Positions 37,809-47,699 of a DNA stretch of 61,674 nt are shown in pieces. The position numbers were made by a program, and so were the translations under genes. Under the pieces are notes generated by a model. The model did no database searches and was not told the DNA's origin. It saw only the letters and a list, made by a program, of their open reading frames with translations. The stretch is taken from assembly GCA_005884125.1 (NCBI GenBank), contig VAXP01000114.1, forward strand, positions 1-61,674. The letters run 5' to 3'. Numbering within the stretch: position 1 is the stretch's first letter; each line of letters starts with the position of its first letter. Source of the DNA: Actinomycetota bacterium (lineage in GTDB: Bacteria; Actinomycetota; Acidimicrobiia; Acidimicrobiales; AC-35).

Positions 37809-38624
37809 GTGACGACGCCGCCGGCCCCAACGGTGGATGGGCCCGGGGGCTGGCGGCGGCGCGAGCATCGGGGTGTGACCATCCATCCTTCCGCCGCCGG
37901 CTTCGACCGCTCCGCCCCCGACTACGAGAGGGGCCGGCCCACGTATCCCGGGGAGGCGGTGGGGTGGCTGGTCGAGGCCTTGAGGATCTCCCCCGGGACC
38001 GCGGTGGTGGACCTGGCCGCGGGCACGGGCAAGCTCACCCGCCTGCTCGTACCGTCGGGCGCCACCGTGGTGGCCGTCGAGCCCGTGGCCGGCATGAGGG
38101 AGCAGCTGAGGTCGGTGGTGCCAGGCGTCGAGGTGCTCGACGGCAGGGCCGAGGCCATTCCTCTGGGCGGCGGATCGGCCGACGCGGTGACCGTGGCCCA
38201 GGCCTTCCACTGGTTCCGGGGCGCGGAGGCGCTGGCCGAGATCCACCGGGTGCTGCGGGCCGGCGGCCGGCTGGGCTTGATCTGGAACCGGCGCGACCTC
38301 GACCAGCCCGTCCAGGCCGAGATCCACGAGGTCATCAACCGCCACCGGGGGGAGACCCCGGCCCATCTGAGCGGGGCCTGGAGGGACGCGTTCCGGGCCA
38401 CGAGCCTGTTCGGGCCCCTGACCGACGCCCACTTCTTCCTCGAGCAGGTCCTCGATGCCGACGGGTTGGTGGCGCGGGGCGTGTCGACCAGCTTCATCGC
38501 CCGGCTGCCCGAGGAGGAGCGCGGGGAGGTGGAGGCGGGCCTGCGCGCCATCGCTCTACGCCACGGCGAGCCCGTGACCCTGCGCTACGTGACCGACTGC
38601 TACTGGTGCGAGGCGTCGTCCTGA
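37809..38624 (+). CDS. class I SAM-dependent methyltransferase
   Basis: VVDLAAGTGKLT (motif I) and GGRLGLIWN. GTG 37875 is an alternative start. Confidence 0.8.
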   Translation: MTTPPAPTVDGPGGWRRREHRGVTIHPSAAGFDRSAPDYERGRPTYPGEAVGWLVEALRISPGTAVVDLAAGTGKLTRLLVPSGATVVAVEPVAGMREQLRSVVPGVEVLDGRAEAIPLGGGSADAVTVAQAFHWFRGAEALAEIHRVLRAGGRLGLIWNRRDLDQPVQAEIHEVINRHRGETPAHLSGAWRDAFRATSLFGPLTDAHFFLEQVLDADGLVARGVSTSFIARLPEEERGEVEAGLRAIALRHGEPVTLRYVTDCYWCEASS

Positions 38625-40060
38625 GCCCCAACCGCGCCGGCCTGCTGGTCCCTGGCTTGTTGCTCCTGCATGGCGCTGAGCACGGCCTGGAAGATCTTCG
38701 CGGCGTCGGCCTCGAGGTGCTCACGGGCCCGCAGCAGGATGTAGGCCCCCAGGTACACCGGTGGGATGATGATCAAGAAGGCGGTGCGGAGGTTGTTGCC
38801 GAAGCTCTGGGACAGCACGGAGACGATGAGGGGGGCGAGGGCGCCTCCGAACACCACCGACACGAGGTTGAAGGCGCCGAACCCGGCCCCCCGGAGGTTG
38901 GCGGGGACGGCGTCGGATAGCCCGGCCCGCAGGCCGGGGATGGCCATGGTGATGACGAAGAAGCCCAGGATCTCCAGGACGAAGGCGGGAGCGAAGGGCA
39001 GGCGCATCCAGGAGATGGCGAAGCACGTGGCCCCCACGATGATGCAGTAGGCGGGGATGGCGACCCTCGCTCCTCGCACACGCGCCGCGTAGCGGTCGGC
39101 GAAGCGGCCGCCGAGGAGGATCCCGGGGACGCCGCCCAGGATGACCATGACGGCGACGTAGCCCTCGGCCCTGCCGTTGGCCACGTGCAGCTGGCGTTCG
39201 TAGAACTGGGGCAACCACGTGCCCACGGCGGTGATCGTGAACAGCAGCGCCGAGACCCCGATGAGGGCGAAGCGCATGGTCGTGATGCTCCAGATGGTGC
39301 GCAGGTCGGCCCGCAACCCCTGGGCCATCTCCCTCAGGAAGGTCCCGAACCCCTCGGTGAAGAGGGGCTGATGGACGGGCTCCTCCCCGAGATCGGGATC
39401 ATCGACGATGCCCACGTGCATGCGGTCGCCTGCGCCCCGCTTGGGCTCCTTCAACCGGTAGGCGAGGAGGGCCACCAGGGTGCTCGGGCCCCCGATCAGG
39501 AGGAAGGCCCACCGCCATCCCAGCGTCGCTCCCACCGCGCCGCCCAGGCCCACGCCCAGACCGAAGCCGGCGATCATCATGATCTGCTGGATGGCGAAGG
39601 CCCGGCCCCGCTGCTCGGTGGGGTAGTAGTCCGACAGCAGGCTGGCGGCCGAGGGCTCGGTGATGGCCTGGCCGAAGCCCAGCGCGCCCCGGAGGGCGAC
39701 GAGAGAGGGGAAGTTGGGGGCCGCCGCGCCCAGGGCGGTCAGCCCCGACCAGGCGACGATGGTGTGGCCGATGGTGCGGGTGCGGTGCCAGCGGTCGGCC
39801 AGGTAGCCCGCGGGCACGGTCACCAGCCCGTTGACCAGGATGAAGGCCGACGTCAGCACGCCGATGGCGGCGTCGCCTATGTGGAAGGCCTGCTTGAGGG
39901 GGGTGATGAGGCCCCGCACGATGCTCTGGTCGGTCGAGTCCACCAGCAGCACGAGTCCCAGGGCCCACATGGGCCAGGTGGAGACCGGCGCGGGAGCGGG
40001 CTTGGTCCCTGCCGTCTCCGGGCCGGGCGGGCTCCCCGGCGGGGTCACGGGCCCGGCCAT
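38600..40060 (-). CDS. MFS transporter (Spinster-like)
   Basis: Coding-like from ATG 40060 (MAGPVTPPG...WPMWALGLVLLVD). Twelve-TM pattern with GYLADRWHRTR (MFS motif A) and ASLLSDYYP. The upstream part of the 713-aa track ORF is Arg/Pro-rich shadow sequence. Confidence 0.8.
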   Translation of the reverse strand: MAGPVTPPGSPPGPETAGTKPAPAPVSTWPMWALGLVLLVDSTDQSIVRGLITPLKQAFHIGDAAIGVLTSAFILVNGLVTVPAGYLADRWHRTRTIGHTIVAWSGLTALGAAAPNFPSLVALRGALGFGQAITEPSAASLLSDYYPTEQRGRAFAIQQIMMIAGFGLGVGLGGAVGATLGWRWAFLLIGGPSTLVALLAYRLKEPKRGAGDRMHVGIVDDPDLGEEPVHQPLFTEGFGTFLREMAQGLRADLRTIWSITTMRFALIGVSALLFTITAVGTWLPQFYERQLHVANGRAEGYVAVMVILGGVPGILLGGRFADRYAARVRGARVAIPAYCIIVGATCFAISWMRLPFAPAFVLEILGFFVITMAIPGLRAGLSDAVPANLRGAGFGAFNLVSVVFGGALAPLIVSVLSQSFGNNLRTAFLIIIPPVYLGAYILLRAREHLEADAAKIFQAVLSAMQEQQARDQQAGAVGAQDDASHQ

Positions 40061-40152
40061 GGAGGGAAGATTCTGAGCCTCGGGCCCGGCTCCTGCCCCG
40101 GGGCCCGGCTCCGTACCCGTGATCCCCGCGGCGGGCCGGGTCCAAGGGCCCC

Positions 40153-43083
40153 TCACAGTCCCATGGCGATGACCTGGGCCAGGTGGAGGGCGCCCCGGCC
40201 CGCGCCCTGGGCGATCTGCTCCCGGCAGCTGAAGCCGTCGGCCACGACGAGGGTGGCGGGGGAGGCACGGCGCACGGCGGGCAGCAGGACGCGCTCGCCG
40301 GCGTTGACCGACACCTCGTATCGCGACCCCCGCTCGAATCCGAACGACCCCGCCATCCCACAGCACCCGGCGTCCAGCACCTCGACGTCGAGGCCCATGC
40401 GCCGGAGGATGTCCTCCTCGTCCTCGAAACCCATGACGGCCTTGTGGTGGCAGTGCCCGTGGACCAGGGCGTGGGCCTCCAGGTCGGGCAGCTCGAAGCC
40501 GGGTGCCCGGCGCAGCAGCAGCTCGCCCAGGGTGTGGGTCTGGGCTTGCAGGCGGCGGGCGTCGGGGTCGTGGGGCAGGAGGTTCACCAGCTCGTCGCGG
40601 AAGACGGCGACGCAGCTGGGCTCGAGGCCCACGACGGGCACGCCCTGGCTCAGCTGCGGCCCCAGCTCGGCCAGGATGCCCCGGAGCAGGCGCTGGGCCA
40701 GGCCCAGCATCCCGTAGTCGTACAGGGGGCGCCCGCAGCACAGCGGGCGGCCCGGCAGCAGTACCCGGAAGCCGGCCGCCTCCAGGACACGGACGGCGGC
40801 TTCACCCACGTCGGGGTGGAAGTGATTGGTCCAGGTGTCGACCCACAGCAGCACGGGAGGGCCGCCGGGGTTGGCGACGGGTCGCGAGCGCAGGCGGGCC
40901 CGCAAGGTCCGGCGGGCCAGGCGGGGTAGCCGTCTCTGGGGGGCCACGCCCGCGGCGAGCTTGATGGCGGCGGCCAGGCCGGGGGCACCGGCGGCGAGGT
41001 TGACCAGCGCGGGGGCGCGGGACGCGGGACGGACCAACCAGGGCACCAGCCCCATGGCGTAGGCGGCCCGGGGACGGAGACGGTGGCGGTAGTGATGGGA
41101 GAGGAACTCGGACTTGTAGGTGGCGATGTCCACGTTCACCGGGCAGTCGGACTTGCAGCCCTTGCATGCCAGGCACAGGTCGAGCGCCTCCTTGACGTCC
41201 CGGTCGCGCCAACCCCCGGCGACGACGTCGCCCGTCAGCATCTCGAACAGGAGGTGGGCCCGGCCCCTGGTGGTGTGCTTCTCGTCGCGGGTGACCATGA
41301 AGCTCGGGCACATCGTCCCGCCCTCGGTCCGCCTGCACTTGCCTATCCCGACGCAACGCCGGGTGGCGTCCACGAAGCTGCCGCCGTCGTCGGGGAAGGA
41401 GAAGTGGGTGCGCACGGGGACGGGGCGGAAGGAGGGGCCCAGCCGGAGGTTTTCGTCGGCCCGGTAGGGATCGACGACCTTGTGGGGGTTCATGCGCCCG
41501 GCCGGGTCCCAGATGGCCTTGAACTCACGGAACGCCTGCACGAGCTCGGGGCCGAACATTTTGGGGAGGAGCTCGGCCCGGGACTGCCCGTCGCCGTGCT
41601 CGCCGGAGAGGGACCCGCCGTAGGCGACCACGAGGTCGGCGGCGTCGGACAGGAAGGCCCGGAAGGCGGCCACCCCCTGGGCCGTGAGCAGGTCGAAGTC
41701 CATGCGGGCGTGCACGCACCCCTCGCCGAAGTGCCCGTAGAGCACGCCCCGGTAGCGGTAGCGGTCAAGCAGGGCCCGGAAGTCCCGGAGGTAGCCGCCC
41801 AGCCGCTCGGGCGCCACGGCCGCGTCCTCCCAGCCCTCGAAGGTCGCGGGCCGGCCGGGGACGAACGCGGTCGCTCCCGGCCCCGTCTCTCGTACCTGCC
41901 ACACCTTGTGGGCCTCGACCGGATCGGCGAACACGCGGACGGCGGGGCCGTCCGAGCCCAGGTCGGCGACCAGGCGTCGGGCTTTCTCGTCGGCTTCTTC
42001 GCGAGTGTCGCCGCCCAGCTCGACGAGGAGCCAGCCCCGGCCGGGAGGGAGGAGGGCGACTCCGGTGGGATGGAGGCGTTTGGCCTCCATGTCCTCGATG
42101 AGCAGGTCGTCGATGGCCTCCAGGCCCACGGGTCCGTGCCCGAGCACGCTCATGACGTGGTCGGCCGCGGCGCAGATGTCGGGGTACCCGAGGACGACCA
42201 GGGAGCGGGCGCCGGGGTCGGGCACCAGGCGCAGGGTGGCCTCGAGCACCGTCGCGCACGTGCCCTCGCTTCCGACCAGGGCCCGGGCCACGTTGAATCC
42301 GTTCTCGGGCAGGAGCTGGTCGAGGTTGTAGCCCGACACCCTCCTCGGGATGCGGGGGTACCTGGTCCGGATCAGCTCGGCGTAGCGGTCGCGGAGGTCA
42401 CGGAGGTGTGCGTAGATGTCGGCCCGCCGCCCGCCGCCGGCGATGATGGACGCGAGCTCCTGCTCGGTTGTGGCGCCCACGGTGAGGCGGGTGCCGTCGT
42501 AGGTCAGGACGTCGAGGCTCTCGACGTTCTCGTCGGTCTTGCCCGCCATGATGGAGTGGACGCCGCAGGCGTTGTTGCCGATCATCCCGCCGAGGGTGCA
42601 CCAGGCGTGGGTGGCGGGGTCGGGGCCGAAGGTGAGCTGGTGCTGCCCGGCCGCGGCCCGGAGGTGATCGAGGATCACCCCGGGCTGCACTCGCGCCCTG
42701 CGGGTCTCGCCGTCGACCTCCAGTATGTGGTTCAGGTGCGGGCTGAAGTCGATGACGACGGCCACGTTGGTCGACTGACCGGCCAGGCTCGTGTCCGCAC
42801 CCATGGGTAGCACGGCGACGTCGTGGTCTCGGCACACGGCGACCGCGGCCGCGACCGCGTCGGCGTCCTCGGGAACGACCACGCCGATGGGGACCTGGCG
42901 GTACAGGGATCCCCCCGAGGCGAACAGGGCCCGGCTACCGGAATCGAAGCGAACGGCGCCGTCGACGCGGCGGCGAAGGTCGGCCTCCAGGTCCGTCACG
43001 GACCCCAGCCTCGCAGGATTTGTGGCGGAAAATGGGCCCGAATGCCGTCCCAGACCTTTCGAACGGGCGACCGGGCGTGGCAT
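40153..43083 (-). CDS. FAD-linked oxidase fused to Fe-S/CCG domains (YdiJ-like, GlcD-GlcF-type fusion)
   Basis: FAD-binding PCMH domain (VVPEDADAVAAAVAVCRDHDVAVLPMGADTSLAGQS), CxxCxxCxxxCP clusters (CLACKGCKSDCP) and C-terminal CCG repeats (CCG.P..., GCCGMAGSFG). ATG 43083 is preferred over 43176 because it leaves room for the divergent HU promoter. Confidence 0.85.
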   Translation of the reverse strand: MPRPVARSKGLGRHSGPFSATNPARLGSVTDLEADLRRRVDGAVRFDSGSRALFASGGSLYRQVPIGVVVPEDADAVAAAVAVCRDHDVAVLPMGADTSLAGQSTNVAVVIDFSPHLNHILEVDGETRRARVQPGVILDHLRAAAGQHQLTFGPDPATHAWCTLGGMIGNNACGVHSIMAGKTDENVESLDVLTYDGTRLTVGATTEQELASIIAGGGRRADIYAHLRDLRDRYAELIRTRYPRIPRRVSGYNLDQLLPENGFNVARALVGSEGTCATVLEATLRLVPDPGARSLVVLGYPDICAAADHVMSVLGHGPVGLEAIDDLLIEDMEAKRLHPTGVALLPPGRGWLLVELGGDTREEADEKARRLVADLGSDGPAVRVFADPVEAHKVWQVRETGPGATAFVPGRPATFEGWEDAAVAPERLGGYLRDFRALLDRYRYRGVLYGHFGEGCVHARMDFDLLTAQGVAAFRAFLSDAADLVVAYGGSLSGEHGDGQSRAELLPKMFGPELVQAFREFKAIWDPAGRMNPHKVVDPYRADENLRLGPSFRPVPVRTHFSFPDDGGSFVDATRRCVGIGKCRRTEGGTMCPSFMVTRDEKHTTRGRAHLLFEMLTGDVVAGGWRDRDVKEALDLCLACKGCKSDCPVNVDIATYKSEFLSHHYRHRLRPRAAYAMGLVPWLVRPASRAPALVNLAAGAPGLAAAIKLAAGVAPQRRLPRLARRTLRARLRSRPVANPGGPPVLLWVDTWTNHFHPDVGEAAVRVLEAAGFRVLLPGRPLCCGRPLYDYGMLGLAQRLLRGILAELGPQLSQGVPVVGLEPSCVAVFRDELVNLLPHDPDARRLQAQTHTLGELLLRRAPGFELPDLEAHALVHGHCHHKAVMGFEDEEDILRRMGLDVEVLDAGCCGMAGSFGFERGSRYEVSVNAGERVLLPAVRRASPATLVVADGFSCREQIAQGAGRGALHLAQVIAMGL

Positions 43084-43178
43084 GCTCTGCACTTCCGACG
43101 TCCCGGCGACGCCGCCTCGGAACGGACGAGGGCGACGCGGGACAATGTCCAGCCGCCAAACCAAGGGAGCGACCACGG

Positions 43179-43586
43179 ATGAATCGGCGCGATCTCGTCA
43201 ACGCCATCGCAGCGCATACCGGAATGGAGACCCGTCAGGTCGACACGTACCTCAAGGCCACGACAGAGGTCATCACCGCGGTCGTAGCCAAGGGCGAACC
43301 GGTAGCGATCAGTGGCTTCGCCAAGTTCGCCAAGGTCGAGCGCCCGGCGCGCATGGGCAGGAACCCGGCCACGGGCGAGCCCATCAAGATCAAGGCATCC
43401 AAGAAAGCGCGCATCAGCGCGCTGAAGGGGTTCAAGGACTCGGTGATGAACCCCGCCCAGGCCCCCAAGCTGGCCAAGGGCGTGTGGCCCCCCGGTCCCC
43501 GGGGCGCGGCCAAGGCGCCGGCCAAGGCTGCGGCCAAGGCGCCGGCCAAGGCGCCGGCCAAGGCCGCGGCGGCTCGTAAGAGGTGA
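43179..43586 (+). CDS. hup: HU-family nucleoid protein with a C-terminal Ala/Lys/Pro-rich extension
   Basis: ATG 43179 lies 9 nt after AAGGGAG. MNRRDLVNAIAAHTG...GFAKFAKVERPARMGRNPATGEPIKI is the HU fold. The tail AAKAPAKAAAKAPAKAPAKAAAARKR is encoded by 12-bp tandem repeats. Confidence 0.9.
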   Translation: MNRRDLVNAIAAHTGMETRQVDTYLKATTEVITAVVAKGEPVAISGFAKFAKVERPARMGRNPATGEPIKIKASKKARISALKGFKDSVMNPAQAPKLAKGVWPPGPRGAAKAPAKAAAKAPAKAPAKAAAARKR

Positions 43587-43648
43587 CCGGCGGGCGGGCC
43601 CACCGCCCCTTGCCCAGGCCGCGAGGTGGGCTGCCGTAGCCTGATCCA

Positions 43649-44998
43649 GTGCGGAAGATGGCGGGAGCGACGGTAGGGGCGGCGCCCCCAGGGTCCTCCC
43701 GCGCTCCGCATGGCGTCCGCACCCTGCTGCGCCACCAGGGCTTTCGCCGGCTCCTCATCGGCCAGTCGGTGTCGGCCCTGGGCGACTGGATGGCCACGGT
43801 GGCGCTCATGGCCCTCGTCCTCGACATCACGGGCTCGTCCACCGCGGTGGCGGGGATCCTGGTGCTGCGACTGGCTCCCGCCGCGTTGGCCGGCCCGCTG
43901 GCGGCCCGGGCCATAAGGAAGTGGGACCGGCGCAGGACGATGGTCGCCATGGATGGCCTGCGGGCGGGCATCGTCGTGCTCGTCCCCATGGTCCATGCCG
44001 TCTGGTGGGTCTTCGTCTGGGCCTTCGTGCTCGAGCTCGCGGGGCTGGTGTTCCTCCCGGCGCGGGACGCGGCCGTGCCCGACCTGACGCACTTCGACGA
44101 CCTCCCCCTGGCCAACGGGCTGGTGCTGGGCTCCTCCTACGGCACCATCCCCCTGGGCGCGGGCGCCTTCGTCCTGTTCAGCGCCCTGTTGGGGGGTCAC
44201 TCGGCCCGCAGCCCCCAGATGTTGGCCGTGTTCTCCCTCGACGCCCTCACCTATCTGGTGTCGCTGGCCATGATCCTGCCCATAACCGAGCTACGGGGCG
44301 CCCCCGCGCCCGAGGGGGACGCGGTGGACGGAGCCGGCCACGAGCTTCGCTTCCGCGACGCCTTCCGCCTGCCCCTGCTGCGAGCGGTGGGCCCCGCCAC
44401 CGTGCTGGCTGCCCTGGGCATAGGCAGCCTCTTCTCGCTGGGGATCGTGTTCGTGCGCGATGTGCTCGGGGCCAGCAACGCCGAGTTCGGGGTGCTCGTC
44501 ATCCTCTTCGGGGCGGGGGCGGCCGCCGGCCTGGGCGTGCTGGAGTGGAGCGGGGCATCGGGCAGCGACGTCGTGTTCGCCTGCGTCGCGGTCCAGGGGG
44601 CGGTGATCGCGGTGATGAGCCTGGCGCCCGGCATCGGTCCCGCCTTTCTGGGCGCGGCGGGCTTCGGCGCCTCGACGGCGGCGGCCCTGGCCGCGGCCAT
44701 GAGCGTGCTGCAGGAGAAGCTGTCCGATCGCGAGCGCATCGTCGCCTTCGCCGCCTTCCACGTCCTCATCCGGGCCGGCCTGGCCCTGTCGGCGCTCGCC
44801 ACCGGGCTGGCCGCAGACCTCATCGGCCGGGTGCACTGGCCCGTGCTGGGCACGCTGCCCCCGGCCCGGGTGGTGCTCTTCGGCTCGGGCGCGGCCGTGT
44901 TCGTGAGCTCGGTGATCGGCAGGCAGGCCACCGCGACCCTCGTGCGGGGCGCGGACCCGGGCGCCGCGCCAGACGCATCCCCGACCGTCGCCACGTGA
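43649..44998 (+). CDS. MFS transporter (EntS/MFS_3-like)
   Basis: 449-aa ORF. LLRHQGFRRLLIGQSVSALGDWM is a typical N-terminus of this MFS subgroup. Multiple TM helices. Confidence 0.8.
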   Translation: MRKMAGATVGAAPPGSSRAPHGVRTLLRHQGFRRLLIGQSVSALGDWMATVALMALVLDITGSSTAVAGILVLRLAPAALAGPLAARAIRKWDRRRTMVAMDGLRAGIVVLVPMVHAVWWVFVWAFVLELAGLVFLPARDAAVPDLTHFDDLPLANGLVLGSSYGTIPLGAGAFVLFSALLGGHSARSPQMLAVFSLDALTYLVSLAMILPITELRGAPAPEGDAVDGAGHELRFRDAFRLPLLRAVGPATVLAALGIGSLFSLGIVFVRDVLGASNAEFGVLVILFGAGAAAGLGVLEWSGASGSDVVFACVAVQGAVIAVMSLAPGIGPAFLGAAGFGASTAAALAAAMSVLQEKLSDRERIVAFAAFHVLIRAGLALSALATGLAADLIGRVHWPVLGTLPPARVVLFGSGAAVFVSSVIGRQATATLVRGADPGAAPDASPTVAT

Positions 44999-45636
44999 GC
45001 CTGCCCCGTCGGGCCTGGCGCTCTCCGGTCGTGGTCCTGGCCGCCGGCTACGCCGCCGGAGCCGTCCCGTTCTCCAACATCGCGGCCCGCCGGGCTCGGG
45101 GCGTCGACCTGCGAGCCGTGGGTACGGGCACGGTCTCGGGTACCGCCCTCTACCGGGTGGCGGGGTTCGGCCCGCTGGCCCTGGCCGGCATTTTCGACGT
45201 GGCCAAGGGTGCGGTGGGCCCGCTGCTGGCCGGCCGCGACCGCCCCGTGCTGGCCGCGGCCAGCGGGGGCCTGGCCGTGGCCGGCCACAACTGGTCCCCG
45301 TTTCTGGCCGGCGCCGGGGGCCGGGGCGTGTCGACGGCCATGGGCGCGCTGGCCCCCCAGCAGCCGGCGGGGGCCCTGTTCCTCCTGGCCGGGCTGAGCC
45401 TGGGGCGTGTGGGCGGCGAGTCGGCCGTCGGCGTTCTCATCGCCGATCTGGCCATGGTCCCCCTGCTGTCGCGGCTGGGCGGCCGCCGGGGCCGCCTGGC
45501 CGGCGGGGCCGTGGTCCTGCCCATGGTGCTGAAGCGGCTGTTGGGAAACGCCCGGCCCCGGGGGGCGGGCCCCGCCGTCTATCTGTGGCGCCTGGTGCTG
45601 GACCGCGATCGCCCGTCGCCCGACCCCGCCGCGTAG
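44995..45636 (+). CDS. plsY: glycerol-3-phosphate acyltransferase PlsY
   Basis: GTG overlaps the previous stop (GTGA). Contains GAVPFSNIAARR...GTGTVSGTA...FDVAKGAVGPLLAG...AVAGHNWSPFLAGAGGRGVS, the PlsY motifs. Confidence 0.8.
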   Translation: MSLPRRAWRSPVVVLAAGYAAGAVPFSNIAARRARGVDLRAVGTGTVSGTALYRVAGFGPLALAGIFDVAKGAVGPLLAGRDRPVLAAASGGLAVAGHNWSPFLAGAGGRGVSTAMGALAPQQPAGALFLLAGLSLGRVGGESAVGVLIADLAMVPLLSRLGGRRGRLAGGAVVLPMVLKRLLGNARPRGAGPAVYLWRLVLDRDRPSPDPAA

Positions 45637-46469
45637 CCCGGGCCGGACGGGCGCTCCCACCACCAGGCCAGGCCCACCAGCCCGGGGCCGGTGTGGGCCA
45701 CCATCACCGGGCTGAACTCGGCCACGAAGGCGGTGGCCGGGGCCACGGTGGCGGTCACCCGCTCAACCAGGCGCCGGGCCTCGTCCTCGGCCCGGGCGTG
45801 CATGGCGGCCAGGTGGAGGCTCGACCCGCCGCGCCCGGCCAGGCAGCGGGCGACAATGCGGTCGAGGGCCGCCTCCCTGCTCTGCGACGGCCGCAGGGCC
45901 CGGGCCCGGCCATGGGAGAAGGCGAACAGGGGCTGCAGGCCCAGCACCCGCCCCGCCCACCCGGCCAGGCCGGGGACGCGTCCGCTGCGCACCAGCTGCT
46001 CCAGCCCGGGCATGGTGGCCACCAGCTGGACCCGCCCGGCCACGTCGAGGGCGGCGGCCTCGACCTCCTCGATGGTCGCGCCCGCGGCCGCGGCCCGGGC
46101 TGCGGACAGGGCGACCAGGCCCTCTGCTCCTGCGGCCGTGCGGCTGTCGACGACGCGGACCCCGTGTTCCAGCGTCGTCGCCGCCAACCAGGCCGACTTG
46201 TAGGTCCCGCTCATCTCCGACGCCAGCGTCACCACCACCGCGCCCCCGGCGGCCAGGGGCTCGAGCACCTCCAGGAACTCACCGGGCGAGGGCGCCGATG
46301 TGGTCACCTTCTCGGCCGTTCGGGCCACGACGTCCTCCGTCGCGACCGCGCCGTCGGGGTGGTCCTCGCCGCCGAGAACGAGGTGCTGGGCCACCACGCG
46401 GATGCCCCAGCGCTCCACCAGGTCCGCAGGAAGGGAGGCCGCGCTGTCGGTGACGACGGCGACCGTCAC
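45579..46469 (-). CDS. DegV-family fatty-acid-binding protein
   Basis: VTVAVVTDSAASLP...TSAPSPGEF... is a typical DegV N-terminus. GTG 46469 is taken as the start. There is no stop codon between it and the upstream gene: the track gives one 791-aa ORF, 45579..47954. Confidence 0.75.
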   Translation of the reverse strand: MTVAVVTDSAASLPADLVERWGIRVVAQHLVLGGEDHPDGAVATEDVVARTAEKVTTSAPSPGEFLEVLEPLAAGGAVVVTLASEMSGTYKSAWLAATTLEHGVRVVDSRTAAGAEGLVALSAARAAAAGATIEEVEAAALDVAGRVQLVATMPGLEQLVRSGRVPGLAGWAGRVLGLQPLFAFSHGRARALRPSQSREAALDRIVARCLAGRGGSSLHLAAMHARAEDEARRLVERVTATVAPATAFVAEFSPVMVAHTGPGLVGLAWWWERPSGPGYAAGSGDGRSRSSTRRHR

Positions 46470-47699
46470 CAGCGCAGGACCCCGCCCCTCCCACCTCGCC
46501 CCGCGGCCCCGCGGCCGGCTTCGCCGTCGGCGCCGGGCGCCGATGCCGTCGGGCTGCCGTCGAGTGGGAGCGTTGCGGGCACGGCTCCAGTGTGACAGGG
46601 CGATCGGGCCCTTCCGGACACCCGGTGGGGAGGAGCCGGGCTCAGGGGCTGGGGCGGGGGAGGCGGCGGAGGCGGTGCCGTTGGGAGGGGGGAGCGCGCC
46701 GGCCGGCGAGAGGGTGGCGTCGATCCCGGCAGGCTCGAGATCGACGCGCTGGGCCTGCCGGGACACGACGAGGGCGCCGGCCCTGACCCAGTCCTCCCGC
46801 AGCACTATGCCGGCCGGGTCGATGCAGAGGTCGTCCACGTCCGTGCCCCGCACGAAGGTCCACACCACCGACCCGTAGACCAGGATCTGGGGCGTCTCGG
46901 GGTCGGGGAAGGCGAAGCGCTCGCGGTCGCGCAGCTCGAAGCCGGCCGGCGCGGGCGGGTCGGCCAGGAAGGTGTCCACGGGCTGGCCCGGTGCGAGGGA
47001 GGCGGCGGAGGCGGTGCCGTTGGGAGGGGGGAGGGCGCCGGCGGGCGAGAGGGTGGCGTCGATCCCGGCAGGCTCGAGATCGACGCGCTGGGCCTGCCGG
47101 GACACGACGAGGGCGCCGGCCCTGACCCAGTCCTCCCGCAGCACGATGCCGGCCGGGTCGATGCAGAGGTCGTCGTGCTCGGAGCCGGTCAGGGGGCCGA
47201 GAGGTCCCGCGGGAGGGTCTCGGAAGCGGTACACCTGGCAGGCCCGGCCCGCCACCGCGCCCGGGCCCCGGGGCTGGGCCAGGCCCCTCCGGGCCGCCTC
47301 GCCCACCACGCCCAGCAGGTCCTGGTCCTCCGTGCCCAAGCCGGGCTGGCGGGCGGAGACGTCCTGGATGCCGTTGGGCGACAGCGAGTAGAGGCGGTCG
47401 GCCGTGGTCAAGGTGCCGCCCACGGGCCGGTCGCCGGGGCCCGGCGGGGCGCTGTAGGTGGCGTCACGGACGCGGAAGGGACGGTCGACGGTGAGCAGCT
47501 CCCACGTCCTGGTCTGCCCTCCGGGGCTCAGGTGGTCGACCTGGTACAGGACCTCATAGCGCGGGCTCTGGGCCGCGAAGGCCACCCCGGCCGGGATCCT
47601 GCGGGTGCCCGAAGAGGGACGCAGGGCGACGGCGGTGAGGACGAGGCCGGCGACCAGGAGGACGGCGAGGGCGACGGGGGCCCTGGCGCGGGCCGTCAC
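46470..47699 (-). CDS. membrane-anchored hypothetical protein carrying an internal 59-aa duplication; 3' end undefined (frame runs into degV)
   Basis: GTG 47699 (or TTG 47702) overlaps the TGA of the upstream ORF (GTGA). TM helix APVALAVLLVAGLVLTAVAL, then a globular part. The last 180 nt or so translate to Arg-rich sequence that looks non-coding. Confidence 0.55.
46658..46835. repeat. direct repeat copy A (178 bp)
   Basis: 175 of 178 positions are identical to 46997..47174 (offset 339 bp, which is 113 codons). Mismatches are at 46695, 46704 and 46806. Confidence 0.95.
46997..47174. repeat. direct repeat copy B (178 bp)
   Basis: Partner of 46658..46835. Both copies encode DDLCIDPAGIVLREDWVRAGALVVSRQAQRVDLEPAGIDATLSPAGALPPPNGTASAAS. 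Confidence 0.95.

Noticed and set aside
43500-43575. 12-bp tandem repeats (GCCAAGGCGCCG-like) at the 3' end of the HU gene
   Set aside because: They encode the normal AKAP-type basic tail of actinobacterial HU proteins. This is not an independent feature.
43592-43608. GGGCGG-GCCCA-CCGCCC hairpin after the HU gene considered as a terminator
   Set aside because: The stem is only 6 bp with no U-tract. That is too weak to report in DNA where such GC hairpins arise by chance.
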